This document shows, piece after piece, positions 49,688-58,042 of a DNA stretch of 64,000 bases. Below the pieces are notes generated by a model. The model was not told the DNA's origin, searched no databases, and worked only from the letters and a program-made list of their open reading frames with translations. A program made the position numbers and the translations under genes. The DNA is from Candidatus Poribacteria bacterium (GTDB taxonomy: Bacteria; Poribacteria; WGA-4E; WGA-3G): contig OZ244048.1 in NCBI GenBank assembly GCA_965215265.1, forward strand, positions 1,120,001-1,184,000, in the 5' to 3' direction. How positions within the stretch are numbered: position 1 is the first letter of the stretch; the number at the start of each line of letters is the position of its first letter.

Positions 49688-50524
49688 CTAAAAATCGGTC
49701 AATTGTGGTTTTTGCTCAATGACGACGTAAAGTCCGACAGATCGCTGGACTGAAATGTACGACGAAAAGCGGCGTAGCGTTTCATTGAGCATAAAATCAA
49801 ATTGGTTTTCTTCAATCAGGCAAAAACGACACACCTCGTGTTTTCGCTCTTTGTCAATTTCTACTAAGTCCCCCGGTTGGTTTCCTGCCTCTCTGAGCAT
49901 CCAGCTCAAGCCCATCAGGAAAAGTGCAGGGGAGCAATAGGTTCTATGCGTAAAGTTCGCCTTCCTGAAATTTCTTCTACCAGTTGATGTTTCACTAACC
50001 CCTTCAAGCACTGTTGGCTGAAGGGGCAAAAGCCAATCGTAGGCTCCGTTAACAGATTTACTACTAAACGCGTTCGCTATATCGCCATCAATTGCATCCA
50101 ATGTCTCGCGAACGTCATAGATGTAGGCGATTAAATCCTGAGGCTTAGGCAAGACCTGATATTCCCAAAGATAATTACACACCTGTTGATAGGCCCAGGA
50201 TGCAAGGTTTTGATCTGGCGTGTGGCACGTCCACAAGCTGTATTGCAACCCGTGCAGTACGTCAATGGCAATATCTCGCTTTAGTTCCCATAGGGAATAA
50301 AAGTCTTTCCCCTTGGAAGTAAGCATCCGTTTCCCAGGATTTGCAAGGCCCCATTCTTCGAGTAACTGCAAAACCTCAAACCGAGATCTATCAGTTACAG
50401 GTATACGGTTTTTAAGAATGGTATTAACGATATTGGAACGATCCTGAAGTCCGGGGTCATATTTCAGTACCCACAACGCCCCATGCAAATCTGAAAATCC
50501 TTTGAGAATATGTATTCTTGACAT
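49688..50524 (-). CDS. Hypothetical protein, possibly multi-winged-helix (BrxA-like position and size)
   Basis: Clean 278-aa ORF with GGAG RBS in a tightly packed operon; LEEWGL...LTSKG is wHTH-like. The fold is inferred. Confidence 0.55.
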   Translation of the reverse strand: MSRIHILKGFSDLHGALWVLKYDPGLQDRSNIVNTILKNRIPVTDRSRFEVLQLLEEWGLANPGKRMLTSKGKDFYSLWELKRDIAIDVLHGLQYSLWTCHTPDQNLASWAYQQVCNYLWEYQVLPKPQDLIAYIYDVRETLDAIDGDIANAFSSKSVNGAYDWLLPLQPTVLEGVSETSTGRRNFRKANFTHRTYCSPALFLMGLSWMLREAGNQPGDLVEIDKERKHEVCRFCLIEENQFDFMLNETLRRFSSYISVQRSVGLYVVIEQKPQLTDF

Positions 50525-50538
50525 GTTTTGCTCCGGCT

Positions 50539-52122
50539 TTAGTCTGATGTTAATATGTCTGTCGTTCGGAGCATCCGGTAATAGTTACCAGAATACTCCC
50601 TTAGGATTTCCCACCGTGGGGTGCAGTGGTGAGCCCATAACTCCGACATCACTGTGAGATTGTGCATAATCCGGAGCCACCTTCCGTTTCCATCTGAAAT
50701 GTCGTCAAAGGATTCGCAGAATGGACACCGGTGCCTTGTGTGCAATTTTAGGGGTTCCAACTCATCTGAATGGATGCGAGCATATCCCCGGGTTTTACAA
50801 TCGATCATTCGTCCGGAGATAAAAGGAAAGAATATCTTTCCATACCCGGCAGTACGCATCCAACCGTTGGAGTCGAAGCTGCTTATGCCAACCTTTGCTA
50901 GGCAGAAAACGGCTGGAGGTGTTGAAATGCCGAAGCTATGAAGGGCACTACCGTTAAGTTTCGATGTGAGTCTACTTAACAAATTTAGTATATCCGCATT
51001 AATACGATTAATAGAATTCGTGGCACCACTCGTTGCAAACGAACCAAAACCGATTCGATGTGAGTCGTCGATGAGCGGTTCGTAGTTTTGCAGACAGTAG
51101 TTGATATGAGAGGGCCGTTTGGCATGCACGACCGGCATCACCTTTTTGCGGATTTCATTCGGGAGTTGGTATGCAAAACTCACACTTCCATCCACCGTCT
51201 GCCTGATTTTATCAGCAGCAGCGGACATGGAATCTTTGCTAAGCGGCGGATTGTCCGGCAAAATGTAAATGTCAGCCCAATTCTCTGTATGGTAAATCTC
51301 AAGCAGCTTGGCGTAGAGTTCGTAGTATGTAATATCCCCTTTCTGGACGAAGTAGCCGCCGGAGTCGAACATCACCTCTTCTGTTTCACCAGTGCGTTTA
51401 AGTTCTCGTACGAAATCGAAGGTTGCAGGACTAGCAAGTACTGGCGAGATAAGCAGCCGTTGGAACGGGTTCGGTTTGCCGCGGGGCCAGTGAAAATCGT
51501 GGGCGTGGGTGTGCCAGAGTTCGTAGATTTTACGTATTTCTCCAGGGGCGATCGTCGCGGAAGCAAAAAAGTGAGGGGAACTGCGCGGCTTGCTATGAAA
51601 AGCCCCGGCTCCGTTTTCGTGCAATTCCAAGCTCGGCGGCAAGGGTGGTAGATTGTAGTACCACACGTTGAGCGGACGTTTCTTCCCTGCTTCCGTATCT
51701 GTTCTCTTAAATTGGAGTTGTTCGTAAAACCTATTGGCAGGGAGCGATTGTGGGCATTTGAGCCTCACGTGCTCGCCCCCGGCGACGTTCACTAACCACG
51801 TTAACCGCTGAACGAGCCGTTTGCCGATTTTCTGTTGACGGTACGGTTTGTCAACGACAATCTCATAAAGGGTTGCGTTCTTATCCTTTCGGATACGGAA
51901 GTGCGCGAATCCGATAACGGTCTCGTCTTTCACCGCAACAAGCAGCCATCCCTTTTGCTGTGCTGCTCGCAGCGCAGGCAATATGACAAAACCCAACTCC
52001 TCTCTGTGCCGGTCCGCGACACGTTTTGCCCCGTCAACATCCTCAGGGCGCGCGAGTCGAATCGTAACCGGTTGGATTGCATTCGGCGGAGCATGGTTCT
52101 TATTTGGGGATGAGCTCTTCAA
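50539..52122 (-). CDS. GNAT acetyltransferase fused to a tRNA-guanine transglycosylase (TGT/DpdA)-like domain
   Basis: N-term: LYEIVVDKPYRQQKIGKRL, ANRFYEQLQF. C-term: VMFDSGGY, LPDNP, MPVVH, GFGS, LHSFG, SFDSNGW, HRCPFC...HNL. TTG start with GAGG RBS. Confidence 0.85.
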   Translation of the reverse strand: MKSSSPNKNHAPPNAIQPVTIRLARPEDVDGAKRVADRHREELGFVILPALRAAQQKGWLLVAVKDETVIGFAHFRIRKDKNATLYEIVVDKPYRQQKIGKRLVQRLTWLVNVAGGEHVRLKCPQSLPANRFYEQLQFKRTDTEAGKKRPLNVWYYNLPPLPPSLELHENGAGAFHSKPRSSPHFFASATIAPGEIRKIYELWHTHAHDFHWPRGKPNPFQRLLISPVLASPATFDFVRELKRTGETEEVMFDSGGYFVQKGDITYYELYAKLLEIYHTENWADIYILPDNPPLSKDSMSAAADKIRQTVDGSVSFAYQLPNEIRKKVMPVVHAKRPSHINYCLQNYEPLIDDSHRIGFGSFATSGATNSINRINADILNLLSRLTSKLNGSALHSFGISTPPAVFCLAKVGISSFDSNGWMRTAGYGKIFFPFISGRMIDCKTRGYARIHSDELEPLKLHTRHRCPFCESFDDISDGNGRWLRIMHNLTVMSELWAHHCTPRWEILREYSGNYYRMLRTTDILTSD

Positions 52123-52339
52123 ACGTTACCTCTCTCATTCTTGGCACAGGATTTGTCATAAAATCCCAAATCTCTTGAGCGGTTTCAGCACCACAATTTT
52201 TAATGCCAATCAGTGCATCTACATCTTGATAGTTTGTCAATTGTGCTTCTGATATCTCTGCTTTGGCGAGCACGTAACTGGCACGTGTGCTGAGGCCTTT
52301 TTGCTTCCAAACAGCTACAGTCTGTGTTATATCATCCAT
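52100..52339 (-). CDS. Small protein resembling the RNA polymerase alpha-subunit C-terminal domain
   Basis: LSTRASYVLAKAEI...LIGIKNCGAETAQEI versus alpha-CTD LSVRxxNxLxxAxI...LLxIxNxGxKSxxEI; AAGGA RBS. Confidence 0.65.
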   Translation of the reverse strand: MDDITQTVAVWKQKGLSTRASYVLAKAEISEAQLTNYQDVDALIGIKNCGAETAQEIWDFMTNPVPRMREVTFEELIPK

Positions 52340-52370
52340 TCCTTCAAACCCCGTTCGTTAATTGAAGTTT

Positions 52371-52400
52371 ATCATAACACTGTTTGCAAAAAATTGTCAA
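52371..52400 (-). promoter_or_regulatory. Promoter of the putative defence operon
   Basis: Minus strand TTGACA (52400-52395), 18 nt, TGn-TATGAT (52376-52371), ~30 nt before the ATG at 52339. Confidence 0.7.
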
Positions 52401-52616
52401 TACCGCAAAAGAGCCAAATTGATTTGTTTGATACCGGTTACCAGAGAGGCATTGTGTATGTCAATAAAACGTGTCCCTTCTATAACATTTTTCTTAGCTT
52501 CTTTAATTTTCCTACATCTATAAACAATAATTTTTTTGACATGAGCTGCGAGTGCTTCTGGGTCAAAGCAATAAAGTTTTCGGAGTCCCGGTTTCTTGTC
52601 AGTGAAAAGTTTGGAA

Positions 52617-52658
52617 GGATGGGAATTCATCCCCGCAAGCGGGGAGAACTTCCCATCC
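52617..52658 (+). repeat. Hairpin repeat family B, copy 3
   Basis: ggatgggaattcatccccgc-aa-gcggggagaacttcccatcc. Confidence 0.8.
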
Positions 52659-52887
52659 ACCGAGGAGAGACATAACACGTAACTTCTACTCACTGTGCAT
52701 TTCAGTACTCTTCTACGCCTTCAAATACTAATCCACAGCTGCTACAGCGGAACCCACACTCTGGGCGTGACTCCACAAGAGGAAACAGCATGCCACAGCA
52801 GATAGGACATGGTTCGTCAATTTCCATCTCTGCTTGTTCTAATTCTCCGGCGCGGTTTTCAAATTCAACAATCATGCTTCTGTATCC

Positions 52888-53628
52888 CTAATATCGCGGC
52901 AAATTTGAATCTACCTCAACTGCCCACTGGTCAATGCCGCCTTGTAGGTTTTTAGTACTGCCAAATCCGTTTTGGCGCAAATAGGCAGTTGCGTACTGAC
53001 TACGCATTCCATGGTGGCAATATACGACGATTTCTTGACTTGGATCCAAACTCTCCAGTTTTTGGGGTAATTCATTGAGCGGGACTAATAGTGCGCCCTC
53101 AATGTGTGCGATTTCATATTCGCTCTGTTCACGAACATCGAGCAACAGAACGGACTGCTTTGCATCAATTTTCTGCTTAAGTTCCCGTGGCGAAACTTCA
53201 TCAGGTAACTGATTTGTCTGCATGTTTTCCTCAGTTTTATTTGTCGTTTGTTGTGTGTGGGTTTGGTCTGTAGTGATCAGGGGTAGAGAGCAATCGGCAC
53301 ACGGACACATATCGCGCAGGCCATCAAAAGGATAAATACCGGAGTTGTGCCCATCGTTCCAATTGAATTGGAGGGCGTAGCGGCCAACCAGTTGGATATC
53401 AAGGGGTTGAGTCTCGGCGGACACCTCAACCAACGTCACGTCGCCATCGCCTTGTGGGGCAAAAAGAGAATGCACATCGGTGCCGCCGTGCCGAATGATG
53501 GCACACTCTGCGCAAGGGCACCGCTGCCGCAGATACGGATACGGATACCAACTGACATGTCCATCCTTCCATTCGATCTGAAAGGCATTGCTATGTTTCT
53601 TCAGAAGTTTTGGCTGTTTACTAACCAT
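52888..53628 (-). CDS. DUF971 (GBBH-like N-terminal) domain fused to rhodanese
   Basis: IEWKDGH, LRQRCPCAEC, VGRYALQFNWNDGHNSGIY; then LLDVREQSEY, VVYCHHGMRS, NLQGGIDQW. Confidence 0.85.
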   Translation of the reverse strand: MVSKQPKLLKKHSNAFQIEWKDGHVSWYPYPYLRQRCPCAECAIIRHGGTDVHSLFAPQGDGDVTLVEVSAETQPLDIQLVGRYALQFNWNDGHNSGIYPFDGLRDMCPCADCSLPLITTDQTHTQQTTNKTEENMQTNQLPDEVSPRELKQKIDAKQSVLLLDVREQSEYEIAHIEGALLVPLNELPQKLESLDPSQEIVVYCHHGMRSQYATAYLRQNGFGSTKNLQGGIDQWAVEVDSNLPRY

Positions 53629-53687
53629 ATTATTTTTTAGGGCTGGTGCCGTGGTACATTTAGAAATAAAAAAAACGAATTGGGTAA

Positions 53688-54026
53688 TTAGAAAATCCCC
53701 AATTCGTCTTTTGCGTCTTCACTCATCATTTCAGGATTCCAGCGCGGTGTCCACACAACGTTCACATTCACCTCGTTGACACCGTCCATCTGTTGTGTGA
53801 CGTGCTGTGTTCCATTTACAAGCTGACCTCCAGCAGGACAGCCTGGGCTCGTTAAAGTCATGGTAATATCAACAGTGGTGTCGTTGACATCAACGCCATA
53901 AATAAGTCCCATGTCCACGATGTTAATCCCAACTTCCGGGTCAATAATCTGTTTAATCGATTCCAAGACGGATTCTTCTGTTACCATTTCTATTTCCTCC
54001 GGTTTTATTGCGTAGGTTCTGCTCAC
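53688..54026 (-). CDS. sufT: DUF59/SufT Fe-S cluster assembly factor
   Basis: DPEVGINIVDMGLIY, MTLTSPGCP, VWTPRW. Confidence 0.88.
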   Translation of the reverse strand: MSRTYAIKPEEIEMVTEESVLESIKQIIDPEVGINIVDMGLIYGVDVNDTTVDITMTLTSPGCPAGGQLVNGTQHVTQQMDGVNEVNVNVVWTPRWNPEMMSEDAKDELGIF

Positions 54027-54031
54027 TGACT

Positions 54032-54358
54032 TTAATCAACACTAACTAGGATATCATCACCCTCAACTTTAACGCTATAACATTCGACGGGTTCAACGGC
54101 CGGCATACAGAGCGGTTCCCCAGTTTTTACACAAAAGCGGGCACCGTGCCGTGGGCATTCTATTTCCTCACCACTGAACCAGCCCTCACCAAGCGGTCCC
54201 CCATCATGTGTGCAAACGTCTTCGATTGCATAGAATTCACCGGAAACGTTGAAAAGCAGCACCGGCACTAAATCTACCTCGACTAATTTTTTCGTGCTAG
54301 GCGGCATCTCACTCACCTTAGCAACCTTGTAAAATGAATTCATAATTCCCTTTCTCAT
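54032..54358 (-). CDS. Rieske-type ferredoxin
   Basis: CTHDGGPL...ECPRHGARF. Confidence 0.92.
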   Translation of the reverse strand: MRKGIMNSFYKVAKVSEMPPSTKKLVEVDLVPVLLFNVSGEFYAIEDVCTHDGGPLGEGWFSGEEIECPRHGARFCVKTGEPLCMPAVEPVECYSVKVEGDDILVSVD

Positions 54359-54741
54359 TCTTCCTCGCCCGGCCAGCCTTTAATGCCGTATGCTCCTGCT
54401 TTTAGTACTTTTAGGGCTAACAAGGCGCATTTGACACGAACGGGTCCTAACGGAATACCAACCATATCTAAAATATCGTCTCGCGTCAGTTTCTTTACCT
54501 CAGCAAGTGTTTTTCCGGCTATCCTTTCAGTTAACATGGAAGCTGCTGCTTGGCTAATAGTGCAGCCATGACCGGAGAAACGGACTTGCTTGATAATGTC
54601 ATCTTCAACGTTCAGATCAATCCGGATCCGGTCGCCGCAGAGTGGGTTGTCCTCTTCGTGTGAAATAGTAGGTTTCGGAAGAGTGCCATAATTACTCGGA
54701 TTTTCATAATGATCCAGCAATTCTTCCTGATATATGTTCAT
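54355..54741 (-). CDS. sufU: SUF system NifU-family scaffold
   Basis: LLDHYENP, NPLCGD, GCTISQAAASM, RVKCALL. Confidence 0.92.
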   Translation of the reverse strand: MNIYQEELLDHYENPSNYGTLPKPTISHEEDNPLCGDRIRIDLNVEDDIIKQVRFSGHGCTISQAAASMLTERIAGKTLAEVKKLTRDDILDMVGIPLGPVRVKCALLALKVLKAGAYGIKGWPGEEE

Positions 54742-55982
54742 TGCATTCTCCGCTTTAATAGCGCTTTTGCTTTAAAAAGCCCGTCACAGAGGCGTTCTAC
54801 GTCTTCTGCGGTATTGTAAAGGTAAAAGCTCGCCCGTGCGGTGGCGATAACCCCTAATCGCTGCATTAAGGGCTGTGCGCAATGATGTCCGGCGCGAACT
54901 GCAACACCGTGCATATCCAGAATCCCCGCGATATCATGCGGATGGATGCCGGCTACGTTAAATGAGATAACCCCTGCGTTCTGATGGGGTGCTGGCCCGT
55001 ACAGTGTGATACCCTCAATCTCTTGTAAGCGTTCATGCGCGTACCTCAGCAGTTCCTGTGTGTGAACGTGGATGGATTCTAATCCGTGTTGTGTGAGATA
55101 ATCGGCTGCATGCCCGAGCCCAATTGCTTCAGCAATGCTCGGCGTACCCGCCTCAAATTTAGCTGGTACCTCTGCGTAGGTTGAAACATCCCGTTCCACT
55201 GTCCGAATCATTGAACCGCCGCCGAGGAAGGGCGGCATCTCTTCCAACAGTTCCAATTTCCCGTAGAGAACACCGATGCCGGTGGGACCGCACATTTTAT
55301 GACCGGAAAACGCCAAAAAATCGCAGTCTAACTGCTGAACGTCAACTCGAAAATGGGGAACTGACTGTGCCGCGTCCACCACGACCTTCGCCCCAACAGC
55401 GTGCGCTGCATCAATAACGGATTCAAGGGGATTGACGGTACCCAGAACGTTTGAGACATGCGTCAACGCCACCAGTTTCGTTTTTTCGGTGAGAAGGTCG
55501 AAGAGTTGCGCAAAGTCAAGCAACCCCTCATCTGTTACCTGAATAAAACGGAGCACGGCCCCGGTCCGTTGCGCTAACATCTGCCACGGTACGAGATTGC
55601 TATGGTGCTCCATCACGCTCAAGACAATCTCATCGCCGGCCTGTACGTTCTGGCCTCCCCAACTGTAGGCCACGAGGTTAATCGCCTCGGTTGTATTCCG
55701 GGTAAAGAGAATTTGGCGGGCACGTTTTGCATGAATCAATTTCGCAATTTTTTCACGGGCATTTTCATATTGTGCCGTTGCCTCCTCCGAAATTTTGTAG
55801 ATGCCGCGGTGGATATTGGAACGATACGTGTCATAATACGCATCCATTGCTGAAACCACAGGTGTCGGTGTTTGTGCAGATGCAGCACTATCGAGAAAAG
55901 CCAAGGGCGGGTCGCCTGCAAAGATTGGAAAATCCTTACGCACCGCTGCTACATCAAGAGGCCGAAAATTGGCAGTTTGCAT
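54738..55982 (-). CDS. sufS: Cysteine desulfurase
   Basis: LDSAASAQ, EHHSNLVPW, DAAQS, SGHKMCGPTG, RAGHHCAQP. Confidence 0.96.
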   Translation of the reverse strand: MQTANFRPLDVAAVRKDFPIFAGDPPLAFLDSAASAQTPTPVVSAMDAYYDTYRSNIHRGIYKISEEATAQYENAREKIAKLIHAKRARQILFTRNTTEAINLVAYSWGGQNVQAGDEIVLSVMEHHSNLVPWQMLAQRTGAVLRFIQVTDEGLLDFAQLFDLLTEKTKLVALTHVSNVLGTVNPLESVIDAAHAVGAKVVVDAAQSVPHFRVDVQQLDCDFLAFSGHKMCGPTGIGVLYGKLELLEEMPPFLGGGSMIRTVERDVSTYAEVPAKFEAGTPSIAEAIGLGHAADYLTQHGLESIHVHTQELLRYAHERLQEIEGITLYGPAPHQNAGVISFNVAGIHPHDIAGILDMHGVAVRAGHHCAQPLMQRLGVIATARASFYLYNTAEDVERLCDGLFKAKALLKRRMQ

Positions 55983-56022
55983 TTTTCCTCCTCAAGGTTC
56001 TGCCCGTCCAGTGTATAATAAC

Positions 56023-56063
56023 TGTACTGTATGGCGAGGCACAAAACCTCGTCATACAGTACA
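56023..56063. other. Strong intergenic hairpin inside the suf operon
   Basis: tgtactgtatggcgagg / cctcgtcatacagtaca 17-bp inverted repeat with one mismatch or G-T pair. Confidence 0.7.
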
Positions 56064-56070
56064 AAAAGTC

Positions 56071-56412
56071 CTATCTACCTGGGAAGCCGATGCTAACCGA
56101 GGCGGGGCCATGGTCTTCGCACGCCTGATCTGTTGGGACATCTGTTTCAGCATCATTTGATTTAACAATCCCTGCTTCAACGAGATATGTCTCAACCTCA
56201 TCGCCGCTCACATCAGCAAGCATCACATCGGCAATCTGAACACACGGCTGATACGGCTGCCGTGTTTTCTGTACCATTTCTCGGTAATTTTCTTCGTTGT
56301 TAATGATGTCCCGATCTTCGTACTCTAAACCGTACTTCGCGAAGATTGCCCGGACACCATTACTCCAACCGCAGACTGGTTTCATATAAGCGATAATTTT
56401 AGGTTGACTCAT
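56071..56412 (-). CDS. Monothiol glutaredoxin-like protein
   Basis: AYMKPVCGWS, QPYQPCVQI. Confidence 0.8.
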   Translation of the reverse strand: MSQPKIIAYMKPVCGWSNGVRAIFAKYGLEYEDRDIINNEENYREMVQKTRQPYQPCVQIADVMLADVSGDEVETYLVEAGIVKSNDAETDVPTDQACEDHGPASVSIGFPGR

Positions 56413-56451
56413 TGTGAGTTCCTCCTTAAAGTAAAGTTAGTTGACAATTTA

Positions 56452-57831
56452 TTAATTTTGTAGTTTCTGCGTAATAGACTCACTTAACTCATTCCTCACA
56501 GATTCCAAGGGAATCCGTTCTAAGACAGGTTCAAAGAATCCGTCAACAATAAGTTTCTCGGCTTGGGCATAAGAGAGCCCTCGGCTCATGAGGTAGAAAA
56601 CCTGGTCCTGATCGATTTTCCCTGCAGTTGCGCCATGCGTACACCGCACCTCATGTGCTTGAATTTCTAATCCGGGTAAAGTATCCGCGTGTGCTCGCTC
56701 ACTTAGTACCAGATTGTCGTTCTTCTGATATGCGTCGGTATAATTCGCCTGAGGGTAAACGTAAATGTTTCCGCCCCACGCCGTTTGCGCCCGGTCTTTC
56801 AGGACAGTTCGGTAGAGCAAGTCACTAGAGGTATGCGGAGAAACGTGCTCTTGGGCGGTACTCACATCTAGATGCTGCCGCCCATCCGTAAAAGAGAGCC
56901 CCAGCATGTTAACGTTACTGCCCACCCCTTCAAGGACCGCGACCTGATTTAACTTGTTTAAACGGCCTCCGAACGTCGCCGTAATCCAGTTGAGCTGCGC
57001 ATCACGTTCGACTATAGCCCGGTGCGATGCGAAATTCCAAACCCGTGTATTCCACTGCTGCACCTGAACGTAGGTTACAGAAGCATTGGGGCCTGCGAAA
57101 ATTTCCACAGCCCCGCTGTGCATGCCGTCCGCAGAAGCATCCAGCGAGACGTTTTCCTCTGATATCACAACCTCACTGCCGGCCTCGGCGATGATCAGCA
57201 CATGCGAAAAGTCTGCGTGTCCCGCTTCAGACAAAGCAATGCTCACACGTAACGGCATTTCAACGCGCACGTTTCTCGGGACATACAATACGTAACCGCC
57301 GTGCCAGAGTGCACCGTGCAACGCGTCAAATTTGTTATGAAGTGCTATATTTCCACTCTTTAATTCTGTTTCAAGTGTAACCGCTCTGTTCATGAAGTAG
57401 GTGTGAAGAAGCTCCTCTCGTTCTCTTAAAGCCGTCCTGATATCTGAGAAGTAAACGCCTTGCTCTGCTAGTTCTACCGAGAGAAGAGCTTTGTGTGTCT
57501 GCCCATCTATCTGCTCTAACACTCCAGTCTCATCTGGCTTACCGTTGTCCGCATAAACTCTAGAAGATATAGGGGGCGAGTCTCCACTATCTGCCAGGGT
57601 AGGACGATAGTTCTCAACAGCAAAGCCACGCAGATACCGTCGCGTCCGCCGCCAATAATCTTGTGTGCGCATGTCTACGGTGCGCCGCCAAACATCATCA
57701 TCTGCGGTATGTGGCATCAGCAATGATTCATACAGTGCGTAAGCCTCTAACCTTTTTTCACGCATCCACTGCGGCTCATTCCTAGTGATTTTCTCAATAA
57801 ATGTTTTTGAAAATTTTGTATCGTTTAGCAT
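56452..57831 (-). CDS. sufD: Fe-S cluster assembly protein SufD
   Basis: Beta-helix repeats; AYQKNDNLVLS, PGLEIQAHEVRCTHGATAG, FYLMSRG. Confidence 0.93.
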   Translation of the reverse strand: MLNDTKFSKTFIEKITRNEPQWMREKRLEAYALYESLLMPHTADDDVWRRTVDMRTQDYWRRTRRYLRGFAVENYRPTLADSGDSPPISSRVYADNGKPDETGVLEQIDGQTHKALLSVELAEQGVYFSDIRTALREREELLHTYFMNRAVTLETELKSGNIALHNKFDALHGALWHGGYVLYVPRNVRVEMPLRVSIALSEAGHADFSHVLIIAEAGSEVVISEENVSLDASADGMHSGAVEIFAGPNASVTYVQVQQWNTRVWNFASHRAIVERDAQLNWITATFGGRLNKLNQVAVLEGVGSNVNMLGLSFTDGRQHLDVSTAQEHVSPHTSSDLLYRTVLKDRAQTAWGGNIYVYPQANYTDAYQKNDNLVLSERAHADTLPGLEIQAHEVRCTHGATAGKIDQDQVFYLMSRGLSYAQAEKLIVDGFFEPVLERIPLESVRNELSESITQKLQN

Positions 57832-57865
57832 TATCAGTTTTTTGACCTAGTCAAATTGGGTGTAG

Positions 57866-57948
57866 AATCTCGTCAGTGGCAAGTTCGGTATTCTTGTCTC
57901 TCCTTGTAGGAGAGACAAAGAAAACCTTTTCCTGCCACCCACTGGGAG
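57866..57948 (+). repeat. Family A copy between sufB and sufD
   Basis: aatctcgtcagtggcaagttcggtattcttgtctctcct-tgt-aggagagacaaagaaaaccttttcctgccacccactgggag. Confidence 0.88.
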
Positions 57949-58042
57949 AAGCATGAGATGAGTTGCCTCAAACGAGATTCGGAGCGATATTCTATCAATG
58001 GAAAAGAGTTGATAGGCATCAAGCTTGCTGAATACGCAAGCC

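Noticed and set aside
50539-52122. Ordinary housekeeping queuine tRNA-ribosyltransferase (tgt)
   Set aside because: It lacks the TPxFMPVGT N-terminus and NTYHL motif of canonical Tgt, has a GNAT fusion and sits with PglZ, ATPases and HerA.
6954-52658. Family B hairpins as a CRISPR array
   Set aside because: The core resembles type I-E repeats, but the copies are single and kilobases apart, with no spacer periodicity and no cas genes.
52397-52693. 98-aa minus-strand ORF upstream of the defence operon
   Set aside because: It runs through a family B hairpin and ends at the promoter; no recognisable motifs. Possibly a remnant, but not supportable as a gene.
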